The notes beneath the pieces were generated by a model, which worked only from the letters and a program-made list of their open reading frames with translations, made no database searches and was not told the DNA's origin. 64,000 nt of DNA from Sulfurihydrogenibium sp. (lineage in GTDB: Bacteria > Aquificota > Aquificia > Aquificales > Hydrogenothermaceae), in the NCBI GenBank assembly GCA_037442825.1, contig JBBIPN010000001.1, positions 2,325 through 66,324 of the forward strand, written 5' to 3'. Shown here one piece after another: positions 19,146 to 28,004 of this stretch; position 1 is the first letter of the stretch; every line of letters begins with the position of its first letter. Made by a program: the position numbers and the translations under genes.

Positions 19146-19836
19146 ATTTACTTACCTCCATAGCAACAGATTTTTCTACCATTTCTGTAGCTTTCTCAAA
19201 ATCTCCATACAACTCTATTAAATCTGATTTATATATATCTAAAAACTCTTCAAATTGGCTAGGTCCTACAACAGCTGTTGCATAAATATTTCCATTTTCT
19301 TCTACAAGTTCAACATAGGCTAAAGGTAGTTCTGCTGGACCTTCCATTACTTGACCACCTTTTTTTACATCAAAAACAGACATATGTGCGCAACATTGTA
19401 TAACACCGCTTTTCCCTGTTGTAGCAGATTTTTCCGTAGGTGGATAGTAATTGAAAAGCGAAAAATCTTTATTTGGATAATTCCACTGATGAGGACATAT
19501 TGCACTATAAGCAACGATACTTTTATCTTTTCCTATACCTCCATTAAACTGATAATCTTTACCACTATCTAATTTTATAGTCATTGGTTCAACTTTATCA
19601 CCTAAATTTATAATATAACAAGGTGTAGATTTAAACGGGTAATGGAAAAGTAATACAGTGTATGGTAATAGATCAGAAGTTTTTAAAGGTTCACCATTTT
19701 CTTTTACCAACAATGCTTTTTTATAAGTTTTATAAAGTTCTTTTTCTGCAGCAATTAATTTAGTAAAAAGAGTAGAATCTATCATCATTCCAGCAGCTAT
19801 AGCTGAACATGTCTTAAACAATTTCCTCCTATTCAT
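19120..19836 (-). CDS. Tat-exported Rieske [2Fe-2S] protein
   Basis: NRRKLF Tat motif; AYSAICPHQ (CxH) and QCCAHMSVFD (CxxH) boxes; GPA-x2-PL. Confidence 0.85.
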   Translation of the reverse strand: MNRRKLFKTCSAIAAGMMIDSTLFTKLIAAEKELYKTYKKALLVKENGEPLKTSDLLPYTVLLFHYPFKSTPCYIINLGDKVEPMTIKLDSGKDYQFNGGIGKDKSIVAYSAICPHQWNYPNKDFSLFNYYPPTEKSATTGKSGVIQCCAHMSVFDVKKGGQVMEGPAELPLAYVELVEENGNIYATAVVGPSQFEEFLDIYKSDLIELYGDFEKATEMVEKSVAMEVSKYVKEQIKC

Positions 19837-19863
19837 CTTAGAACCTCCTATATATATAAAAAA

Positions 19864-19883
19864 AGGGGGCTAAAAAGCCCCCT
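19864..19883 (-). terminator. Intrinsic terminator after fccB
   Basis: AGGGGGC-taaaaa-GCCCCCT followed by a U-tract on the minus strand. Confidence 0.8.
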
Positions 19884-19916
19884 CTCATTAAACTATGTAT
19901 TATAGAATTATTTATA

Positions 19917-21224
19917 TTATCCTCTTCCCCATGTATCTGCTACTATATTATCATACCAAACTTGAGCATAAATCGCCTCTTTTTCTCTGAACTTTTCATC
20001 TGCACCTGCTGGACTAACACCACCTGCACCTTTAACAGCTTCTATTCCTTTTTCTGAAACATTATAAACAGCTGCTACAGAAATGCCATAGGTTGGAGAT
20101 ACTAAACTATAACAAGTGTTTACGACTGTTGTATTTTCTGGTTCTTTTCCGTTTATTTGAGATACAATAGCTGCTGCGGCCACTTTACCATGGCTATTAG
20201 CTGAGAATCCTGATTTAGGCATTATAGTATTAGAAGAGTCACCAATTACAAATACATCTTTAGCAACTTTTGACTCAAATGTTTTTGGATTTATATCTGC
20301 CCAACCTTTTTCATTAGCAAGTTTTGAAGATGAAATTATATCTGCTGCTTTTTGATGTGGTATAAAGTTTATAACATCACCTTTAATTTTTTCACCAGAA
20401 GATGTAACTACAACTTTTTCTTTAGGATCTATTTTTATAACTTTACCACCAACATCCGATGAAACCCATTCAACCATATCTCCATATAGAGCACTCCAGC
20501 CTTCCATAAAAAGCTTTTGTTTAGGAAAGTTATTTTTAGCATCTAAAAGTATTATTTTTGACTTTGGTTTATTATTTTTAAGATACCAAGCCACTAAAGA
20601 AGCTCTTTCGTATGGCCCAGGTGGACATCTGTATGGCATAGGTGGAATAACCATTATAAATGTACCACCATCTGGCATAGCTTCTAACTGTTTTCTAAGT
20701 AACAATGTTTGTGGTCCAGCTTTCCATGCATGTGGTATTTCTTCAGCCATTTGAGGTGTAGCACCTTCTACTGCTTCATATTTGAAGCTTATACCAGGTG
20801 ATAGTACAAGTTTATCATACTTAACTTTTTTACCATCAGACAGTATTACATGTTTAGCAGTTGTGTCGATTTCTTGAACATGACCTTTTATAAAGTTGAC
20901 TCCGTACTTACCTTTTAGAATGGAATAATCTACTTCTAAATCTTCAATTTTCTTAAATCCACCGATAACTGTGTTACTAAATGGACATGTATAGTACTTG
21001 TCAGAACCTTCAATGATAGTAACAGCAATGTCTTTATCGAATATTTTTATATACTTAGCAACTGTTGAACCACCAAATCCACCACCTACTACTACAACAT
21101 GAGCTTTCCCTTTTATTTCATATTCAGAAACTTTTTGAGACATAGAAAAAGCTTTATCTACTCCTGCTACTGTTGCTACACCTACTAAACCCGTTAATTT
21201 CAATAAATCTCTTCTTGTAATCAT
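19917..21224 (-). CDS. fccB: Flavocytochrome c sulfide dehydrogenase flavoprotein subunit
   Basis: Tat motif TRRDLL; GGGFGG; TCPFSN; YRCPPGPYER; PKSGFSANSHGK; NTCYS. Confidence 0.93.
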   Translation of the reverse strand: MITRRDLLKLTGLVGVATVAGVDKAFSMSQKVSEYEIKGKAHVVVVGGGFGGSTVAKYIKIFDKDIAVTIIEGSDKYYTCPFSNTVIGGFKKIEDLEVDYSILKGKYGVNFIKGHVQEIDTTAKHVILSDGKKVKYDKLVLSPGISFKYEAVEGATPQMAEEIPHAWKAGPQTLLLRKQLEAMPDGGTFIMVIPPMPYRCPPGPYERASLVAWYLKNNKPKSKIILLDAKNNFPKQKLFMEGWSALYGDMVEWVSSDVGGKVIKIDPKEKVVVTSSGEKIKGDVINFIPHQKAADIISSSKLANEKGWADINPKTFESKVAKDVFVIGDSSNTIMPKSGFSANSHGKVAAAAIVSQINGKEPENTTVVNTCYSLVSPTYGISVAAVYNVSEKGIEAVKGAGGVSPAGADEKFREKEAIYAQVWYDNIVADTWGRG

Positions 21225-21236
21225 CTTATCTCCTCC

Positions 21237-21530
21237 TTATTTTAATGTTGATAGATACTCTGCTACTTTTTTGATTTCTTCATCTGTATAACCTTTTGCA
21301 AGACGGTTCATTACGGTACCTTTAAGTTTGCCTTCCTTATACTGAAGCAATGTTTTTTCAATAACTGCTGCTGGTTTTCCTGCAATAGAATACCCTTTCT
21401 TATTTGTAGTTTTACCTTCTGGGCCATGACAACCAAAACAAGTAGCAGCAATAACTTTTACAGATTCTACAGCGTTAGCTGTAAATGTAAAACACAAGGC
21501 CAAGACTCCTGCGGTTAAAAACCTCTTCAT
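21237..21530 (-). CDS. fccA: Monohaem c-type cytochrome subunit of flavocytochrome c
   Basis: Signal peptide; AATCFGCHG; GTVMNRLAKGY; directly upstream of fccB; ATG at 21530 follows GGAGG. Confidence 0.85.
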   Translation of the reverse strand: MKRFLTAGVLALCFTFTANAVESVKVIAATCFGCHGPEGKTTNKKGYSIAGKPAAVIEKTLLQYKEGKLKGTVMNRLAKGYTDEEIKKVAEYLSTLK

Positions 21531-21564
21531 TTTTAAACCTCCAAAAATGTTTTTTTCCATGGAA

Positions 21565-21593
21565 AATATAAATCATCTTTAAGTTATTGTCAA
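21565..21593 (-). promoter_or_regulatory. sigma70-type promoter of fccAB
   Basis: TTGACA-N17-TATATT on the minus strand. Confidence 0.75.
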
Positions 21594-21599
21594 ATACAT

Positions 21600-21661
21600 A
21601 TTTAAATTAGTATATTTACATAATTTAAATTAGTATATTTATATATTTAAATTAGTATATT
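21600..21661. repeat. Three direct repeats ATTTAAATTAGTATATT
   Basis: Exact 17-mers at 21600, 21623 and 21645, immediately upstream of the fccA -35 box. Confidence 0.85.
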
Positions 21662-21748
21662 AATATTAACCTTTTTTTATTTTTATTAGAATATACATGT
21701 AAAAATTATTAATTATATTAATATGATTATTAATATATAATATTGTTC

Positions 21749-23068
21749 TTATAATAAACCAAAGTTCTTCATCTTGGTTCTTAACTGCTTCCTTGATATA
21801 CCTAATTTTTGAGCTGCCCTTGTTTGATTAAAATTTTCTTCTTCAAGAACTTTTAATATTACTCTTTTTTCTATTTCATAAAGATTTAAATTATCTTTAT
21901 CTAATATAGTATCAACTTTATTTTTAAAACTATTTTTTACTCTATCAGGTAAATGATCTACGTTAATTATCTCTCCCTGACATAAAACTACTGCCCTTTC
22001 TATAACATTTTCAAGCTGTCTAACATTTCCTGGCCAATCGTAATTAACAAGAACATCTAAAGCTTCCTTATCAATATCATAAATATTTTTCCCATTTATT
22101 TTGCTAAATTTACTAATAAATTTTTCAACAAGTAAAGATATATCTTCCTTTCTTTCTCTTAACGGTGGTATTTTTAAGTGTATTACGTTTATTCGATAAA
22201 ATAGATCTTCTCTAAATTCTTTATTTTCAACCATTTCTTCAAGATTTCTATTTGTTGCAGATATAAACCTGCATTTTACTTTCACTAATTCTTTTCCACC
22301 AATTCTAAAAAATTCTTTCTCTTGTAAAACTCTAAGTAATTTAGCTTGCATAAAAAGTGGCATATCTCCTATTTCATCTAAAAACAATGTTCCTTCTTCT
22401 GCAATTTCTATCTTTCCTATCTCCTTATTTAATGCTCCAGTGTATGCTCCTTTTTCATGTCCAAAAAGTTCATTCTCAAATAGGTCAGAAGGTATAGCAG
22501 AGCAGTTGATTGCTATAAAAGGCTTATCTTTTCTTTTTGAACGTTTATGGATAGCTTTAGCTACAAGTTCTTTTCCTGTCCCACTTTCTCCTTCTATAAG
22601 TATTGAAGATTCACTTTTACTAACAATATCAATTTCTTTAAAAAGTTCTCTCATCTTTTTACTTTTTCCTATTATTCCTTCAAATTCAGATTCTTCAAAT
22701 TTTTTTTCTTGTTTTTCTTTATAAAACTCAATAATCTTAATTAAGTTATCTGTATCTATAGGTTTTGGTATATAGTGATTTGCTCCTTTTTTTACCGCAT
22801 CTACAGCTCCATTTATAGAACCATAAGCTGTAATAATAATAAAAGGTGTATTAATATCAATTTTCCTAAAATATTCTAATATTTCTATCCCTGTCCCATC
22901 TTCTAAAAGAAAATCTGAAAGGATAAGGTTATATTGATTTTTAGATATTAAGTTTAAGCTGTCAGTTTTTGTTTTCGCTATATCAACACTGTATCCAGCT
23001 TGAGTTAAAACTGTTTTAATAACTCTTAATATACTTTCTTCATCATCAATAAGTAGAATCTTAAACAT
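21749..23068 (-). CDS. sigma54-dependent response regulator (NtrC family)
   Basis: Receiver domain (LLIDDE, ILSD, ITAYG); GESGTGKE; GAYTGA; LFLDEIGD; RFISATN; WPGNVRQLEN; Fis-type HTH. Confidence 0.96.
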   Translation of the reverse strand: MFKILLIDDEESILRVIKTVLTQAGYSVDIAKTKTDSLNLISKNQYNLILSDFLLEDGTGIEILEYFRKIDINTPFIIITAYGSINGAVDAVKKGANHYIPKPIDTDNLIKIIEFYKEKQEKKFEESEFEGIIGKSKKMRELFKEIDIVSKSESSILIEGESGTGKELVAKAIHKRSKRKDKPFIAINCSAIPSDLFENELFGHEKGAYTGALNKEIGKIEIAEEGTLFLDEIGDMPLFMQAKLLRVLQEKEFFRIGGKELVKVKCRFISATNRNLEEMVENKEFREDLFYRINVIHLKIPPLRERKEDISLLVEKFISKFSKINGKNIYDIDKEALDVLVNYDWPGNVRQLENVIERAVVLCQGEIINVDHLPDRVKNSFKNKVDTILDKDNLNLYEIEKRVILKVLEEENFNQTRAAQKLGISRKQLRTKMKNFGLL

Positions 23069-24617
23069 TTCTTCTAACCTTTATAGGTAGTTCTATTATA
23101 AATTTAGTGTATTTACGATACTCTGAATTTAAATTTATTGTTCCTCCATTTAAGAAAACGATTTTATAAACCATTGGTAAACCAAGACCTGTACCTTTTG
23201 GTTTTGTAGTAAAAAATGGTTTAAATATCCTTTCTTTATGCTCTTGTTTTATTCCTATCCCATTATCCTCTATAGTTAAAACGATTTTTTGTTTATTATC
23301 TACAAAACTGGTTTTTATTTTTATATATCCATCGTCTATATTTTTTTCTTTTATAGCATCTATAGAATTAAGAACAAGATTTACAATAGCTTGTTTTAGT
23401 AAGTTATCATCTAAAAAAATCAAAGGTAAATTTTCATCTAACTCTAAAATAAGTTTTATATTGTTATCTTCACAATCATAAATTAAAAGTTTAACAGAAT
23501 CTTTTACAACTTCATTTATATCTGTCAGTTTAAAGTTTGGTTCTATAAGTTTAGAGAAATTTAAAAATGATATTGTCATATCATTAAGTCTATTACTTTT
23601 TTCTTTTATAATTTTCCCAAACTCTCTTATTATTTCATCTTTAGAATTATTTTTTATATAGTTTGCTGCATTAGATATAGAATAAAGGGCATTTTTTATT
23701 TCATGTGCTATTTTTGCACTCATCTCCCCCATAGTAGCCATACAACGCAGTGTTTCCCTTTCTTTATAAGCTTCTTCAAGTTTCTTTATATAATCATTTA
23801 ATGATGCAACCATTATATAAAAACTGTAAGTAAGCTTGTCTACCTCATCTCCAGTGTATTTATTAAATACTTCACATTTAGAACACTCTTTAATAGCAAT
23901 TTCTCCTATATTTAAAAGTATGTCAGCTGAATCTTTTGAAGCTAACCAGCAAGTATCTAAAATATTTTTAATACACTCTCTATCATTTTTTGAGATTGGT
24001 TTTATATCTATTATTGTATTTAGATTATTAAAATCTTGAACAAATAAATTTAAAATTTTTTCTTTCAAATTTACAAGAGGTCTTACATTATAAGAAGAAA
24101 TTAAAAATATACCTACAAAGGAAGCAAAAAATATAAATAGTATTACTAAAGATAGGGGATATATAATATTTTCTATATCTTTGGCAAGTTCTTCTTTAAT
24201 AGTATCTTCATCGTAAAAGACAATTATTTTTCCTATAACATCATCACCAACGTCAAGATTAAAATAAAAAGATTTAAAACTTTGTTTGGTAAATCCAGTA
24301 TAAATTTTCCCTATATAAGATATATTTGAACTTCCAATTATTTTCCCCTCTTTGTCTGTTATAAAAACTTCTTTAACAGATTTATTTTTCATAACAAAAT
24401 TGACTAATTCATCTATCTTCTCAAAATTTTTAACAACTATTTTCTCTTTATAGCTTTCTGATAAACTAATAATATTATCTTCTAATGATTCAATTCTATC
24501 ATTTAAAATTTTTCCATAGAAACTATAGACAGTTAAAATCATAGAAGCAAAAAGAATAACTAATATATAAATTGAGATTGATAAAGATGTTTTAATCTTT
24601 ATGGATAAATTTTTCAT
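23061..24617 (-). CDS. Membrane sensor histidine kinase with a Cys-rich insert in HAMP
   Basis: Two TM segments, small periplasmic domain, HAMP, AHEIKN H-box, N-box, EDNGIG, PFFTTK and GTGLGL. Confidence 0.93.
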   Translation of the reverse strand: MKNLSIKIKTSLSISIYILVILFASMILTVYSFYGKILNDRIESLEDNIISLSESYKEKIVVKNFEKIDELVNFVMKNKSVKEVFITDKEGKIIGSSNISYIGKIYTGFTKQSFKSFYFNLDVGDDVIGKIIVFYDEDTIKEELAKDIENIIYPLSLVILFIFFASFVGIFLISSYNVRPLVNLKEKILNLFVQDFNNLNTIIDIKPISKNDRECIKNILDTCWLASKDSADILLNIGEIAIKECSKCEVFNKYTGDEVDKLTYSFYIMVASLNDYIKKLEEAYKERETLRCMATMGEMSAKIAHEIKNALYSISNAANYIKNNSKDEIIREFGKIIKEKSNRLNDMTISFLNFSKLIEPNFKLTDINEVVKDSVKLLIYDCEDNNIKLILELDENLPLIFLDDNLLKQAIVNLVLNSIDAIKEKNIDDGYIKIKTSFVDNKQKIVLTIEDNGIGIKQEHKERIFKPFFTTKPKGTGLGLPMVYKIVFLNGGTINLNSEYRKYTKFIIELPIKVRRNV

Positions 24618-25423
24618 TTTAAAACTGGGAAAAGGTCAAGTATTTTTCTATAGTTTTTTATTATTTCAAACATTTTTGGTTTTGGTTTTTCAAAGCCATC
24701 AATTTCCATACTCTTTAATGTTTCTTTATCTACTGTAAAAAGTGCTTTTTCTATTTGGTTATCTAAATTTTTATCTAAATTTTTATCAACCATTATAATA
24801 TGTCTTGGAAAAGAAGGTGATTTAGCTATAACTCTAAGCTGAGATTGATAAGGTATTAAACTTTCTTCTCTAATACCAGCAACATCTGCAACACCTGCTA
24901 AAAGTGATAAAATAGCACCTTTGTCTGTCCCAGAACTCCATATATTTACTACATCTTCCTGTGTAATACCAGCATTCGTAAGCATGTACAATGGCATAAC
25001 ACAGTTACTCATACAAATTGGACTACCAAGTGTTATTTTCTTTCCTTTCACATCACCTATAGACTTTATATTACTATCCTTTTTTACTACTAAAACACCA
25101 TTTTCAACAGCTTTTCCGTTTATTTTCATAACAGCTACTGCCTCTACGTTAAACTTCCTTTTCAACTCAAAATATACAACTGAGCAACCAACAGCTAAAT
25201 GAGCTTCTTTCTTTTTAAATAACCTATAAACTTCATCTACTTTTTCTACTATAATAACTTCCACTTCTTTATTTAGATTTTTAGATAGATATTTAGATAA
25301 CGCTGAATATCTTTTATATTCTTCAATAGGATTTCCATAAGATAAAACCACAAAGTTTAATCGTTCCTGTGCAAAAGATATACTAAATATACTGAATATA
25401 GCAATAATTATTTTTACAATCAT
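24614..25423 (-). CDS. Periplasmic binding protein, PhnD/phosphonate-binding fold
   Basis: Signal peptide; GVLVVKKDSNIKSIGDVKGK, LLAGVADVAG and KSPSFPRH patterns; ATGA overlap with the kinase; no ABC permease nearby. Confidence 0.85.
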   Translation of the reverse strand: MIVKIIIAIFSIFSISFAQERLNFVVLSYGNPIEEYKRYSALSKYLSKNLNKEVEVIIVEKVDEVYRLFKKKEAHLAVGCSVVYFELKRKFNVEAVAVMKINGKAVENGVLVVKKDSNIKSIGDVKGKKITLGSPICMSNCVMPLYMLTNAGITQEDVVNIWSSGTDKGAILSLLAGVADVAGIREESLIPYQSQLRVIAKSPSFPRHIIMVDKNLDKNLDNQIEKALFTVDKETLKSMEIDGFEKPKPKMFEIIKNYRKILDLFPVLK

Positions 25424-25541
25424 GGAAATAATATATTACAAAAACATTAAGTTAGCAAATACTAAGTTTTTATAAACTTGAAAGATAAAAAAAAGGAAAT
25501 ATTTTTAGATTTGAAAAAACATAAAAAAGAAGGTAGTAAAA

Positions 25542-26342
25542 ATGGAAACCGTTAGAAAGCCAGCTGTATCAAATCTTTTTTATACAGGAGATAGAGAAAA
25601 CCTTTTATATACAGTTAAGAAATATCTAAACAATGCTATGTTATACGATTATAAACCAGAAGGTTTAATTGCACCACATGCTGGTTATATGTATTCTGGT
25701 ATTGTTGCTGCTGTATCATACAAACAACTTCTAAACCTTGATTTAAACAAACATTACACATTCTTATTGATTGGTCCATCCCATCATGTTTATTTAAATG
25801 GTATTTCTTTTGGTCTATATGAATACTGGCAAACACCTCTTGGAAACGTAAAAGTAGCAAAAGAAAAAATATTAGATTTTATCAAAAACAACCCAGATTT
25901 TCCTTCTACAACAAACACATTGCCTCATAAAAAAGAACATTCCTTAGAAGTTCAAGTTCCATTTTTACAAGTTTTACTAAAAGATTTTGATATTATCCCT
26001 GTTGTTTATGGTGACATTTCTAGTAGTTATGTAAAACATATAATTGAATATTTTAAAAAAGATGATAACACAGTTGTAATAATAAGCTCAGACCTAAGTC
26101 ATTACTACCCTGACAATATAGCAAGGGAGATAGATAAATACTGTCATTTAGCTTTAAACTCTTTAGATATAAAATTTTTAGAAAACTGCGAAGCTTGTGG
26201 GAAAATAGGCATAGAAGCTATGATAAATTATGCTAAAGAAAAAAATTTAAAAGCCAAACTCCTTTATTATAAAACTTCAGGAGATACTGGAGGAGATTAT
26301 AGTAGTGTTGTCGGATATGGAAGTTATATCTTCTATAAATGA
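25542..26342 (+). CDS. amrB: AmmeMemoRadiSAM system protein B (MEMO1 family)
   Basis: RKPAVSNLFY, APHAGYMYSG, GPSHH, EHSLEVQVPFLQ, SSDLSHY and VVGYGS motifs. Confidence 0.92.
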   Translation: METVRKPAVSNLFYTGDRENLLYTVKKYLNNAMLYDYKPEGLIAPHAGYMYSGIVAAVSYKQLLNLDLNKHYTFLLIGPSHHVYLNGISFGLYEYWQTPLGNVKVAKEKILDFIKNNPDFPSTTNTLPHKKEHSLEVQVPFLQVLLKDFDIIPVVYGDISSSYVKHIIEYFKKDDNTVVIISSDLSHYYPDNIAREIDKYCHLALNSLDIKFLENCEACGKIGIEAMINYAKEKNLKAKLLYYKTSGDTGGDYSSVVGYGSYIFYK

Positions 26343-26892
26343 GGAAGAAGGCAAGTTTTTAGTAGATTTAGCAAGAGTAAGTACTGAGTATTATTTAAAG
26401 TATGAAAAGATTCCAGATATTAAAAATGTTCCATATAAAAATTTAAAAAAACTTGGTGCATCTTTTGTTACAATAGAAACAAAATATGGAGATTTAAGAG
26501 GCTGTATAGGTTCTATTATACCCCATAAACCTTTATATCAAGATGTAATAAATAATGCAATATCAGCTGCCACATCAGATCCAAGATTTTATCCATTAAA
26601 TTTAGAAGAACTTTTCAATGTAAAAATAAAAGTTTCTGTTTTAACTTATCCTATAAAAGTGGGATATACAGATTGGAAAAATTTACTAAATAAAATAAAA
26701 CCTTTTAAAGATGGTTTGATAGTTAAATATAAAAACTTTTCTGCTACATTTTTACCTGAAGTTTGGGAAAAAATACCAACCAAAGAGGATTTTTTAACTC
26801 ATTTATGTTTGAAAGCAGGTTTAGCAGGTAATTTTTGGAAAACAGGATTATTAGAGGTATACAGATATAACACTATTACTTTTAGTGAATAA
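26305..26892 (+). CDS. amrA: AmmeMemoRadiSAM system protein A (AMMECR1 family)
   Basis: ASFVTI, LRGCIG, AATSDPRF, ATFLPEVW and FLTHLCLKAG motifs. Confidence 0.92.
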   Translation: MLSDMEVISSINEEEGKFLVDLARVSTEYYLKYEKIPDIKNVPYKNLKKLGASFVTIETKYGDLRGCIGSIIPHKPLYQDVINNAISAATSDPRFYPLNLEELFNVKIKVSVLTYPIKVGYTDWKNLLNKIKPFKDGLIVKYKNFSATFLPEVWEKIPTKEDFLTHLCLKAGLAGNFWKTGLLEVYRYNTITFSE

Positions 26893-26959
26893 TTTAAAAC
26901 ATTAAGCCTTAACCTTTGAAAGTAAACAAACATTCAAAATGAGCCAATCTATAAAAAAA

Positions 26960-27925
26960 TTAACCTCCAATACTTGTCATAACTCTTACACAATCTGAAA
27001 ATGCATAATTTGATTTTTGTATATTCATATTAGATATTTCTTTTGCTATTAAGACATTTTGTAAAAACTCATCTAAATCTCTATCACTTCCATTCCTTAA
27101 CACTTCTTTAACATGTATCTCTTCATCTGTACGAAGACATAATTTTATACTTCCTTCCGCTGTAACTCTTAGCTTTGAACAACCATCACAGAAAGGATTT
27201 GAAATAGGTGTTATAAATCCAATCTTTATATTTTTATTAGGTAATTTATAAACTCTTGCTGCACCACTTCCAATAGACAAAGAAGGTATAAGTTTTCCAT
27301 ACCTATCCTCAATCAACATTTTAACCTCTTCTAAAGGCTTTACCATATCTTTTTCCCATTTAATAAAACCTTGTCCAAGAGGCATCATCTCAATAAATCT
27401 CACTTCTACACCATACTCTATAGCAAAATCTACAAAATCTAATGCTTCATTTTCATTCAAACCTTTTATAATAACAGCATTAACTTTTATAGGGTCAAAT
27501 CCTAATTCTTTACTTACTCTAATACCCTCTAAAACATCTTCAAGCTTACCTTTGGTTATTTGAAAAAATAAATCCGGTTTTAAACTATCTATACTAATAT
27601 TTAATCTATTTAGCCCAGCTTCTTTTAGCTTTTTTGCATGATGTTTTAACGTTATTCCATTTGTAGTCATACTTATATCTTCAATCGCTGGAATATCTCT
27701 TAACATCTTTATCAATTTTTCTATCTCAGGTCTAACAAGCGGTTCGCCACCGGTAATTCTCACTTTTTTCAAACCATAATTTGTCATAGCCTTAACAAGA
27801 CGTGCTATCTCTTCATAACTTAGGATTTCTTCATGGGGTATATATTCTTGATTGTCAGGTCTACAGTAGAAACATTTTAGATTACATTTATCTGTCACAG
27901 ATATTCTTAAATATGATATTTCCAT
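26960..27925 (-). CDS. moaA: GTP 3',8-cyclase MoaA
   Basis: YLRISVTDKCNLKCFYC; RITGGEPL; FCDGCSKLR; C-terminal IGG. Confidence 0.97.
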   Translation of the reverse strand: MEISYLRISVTDKCNLKCFYCRPDNQEYIPHEEILSYEEIARLVKAMTNYGLKKVRITGGEPLVRPEIEKLIKMLRDIPAIEDISMTTNGITLKHHAKKLKEAGLNRLNISIDSLKPDLFFQITKGKLEDVLEGIRVSKELGFDPIKVNAVIIKGLNENEALDFVDFAIEYGVEVRFIEMMPLGQGFIKWEKDMVKPLEEVKMLIEDRYGKLIPSLSIGSGAARVYKLPNKNIKIGFITPISNPFCDGCSKLRVTAEGSIKLCLRTDEEIHVKEVLRNGSDRDLDEFLQNVLIAKEISNMNIQKSNYAFSDCVRVMTSIGG

Positions 27926-27957
27926 ACTAATCCTCCTTTATTAAAACTTTCAAATAA

Positions 27958-27986
27958 AGAATATGACTTTTTTGTCAAATTGTCAA
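27958..27986 (-). promoter_or_regulatory. sigma70-type promoter of moaA
   Basis: TTGACA-N17-TATTCT on the minus strand. Confidence 0.65.
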
Positions 27987-28004
27987 TAATGGAATAACAA
28001 AAGA

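Noticed and set aside
21600-21661. CRISPR array interpretation of the triple repeat
   Set aside because: Spacers are only 5-6 bp, the repeat is 17 bp, and no cas genes are present
19351-25860. Antisense track ORFs (19351, 22440, 23836, 24921, 25636)
   Set aside because: Shadows of real genes on the opposite strand
27926-27990. Moco riboswitch upstream of moaA
   Set aside because: The predicted promoter leaves a leader of only about 25 nt
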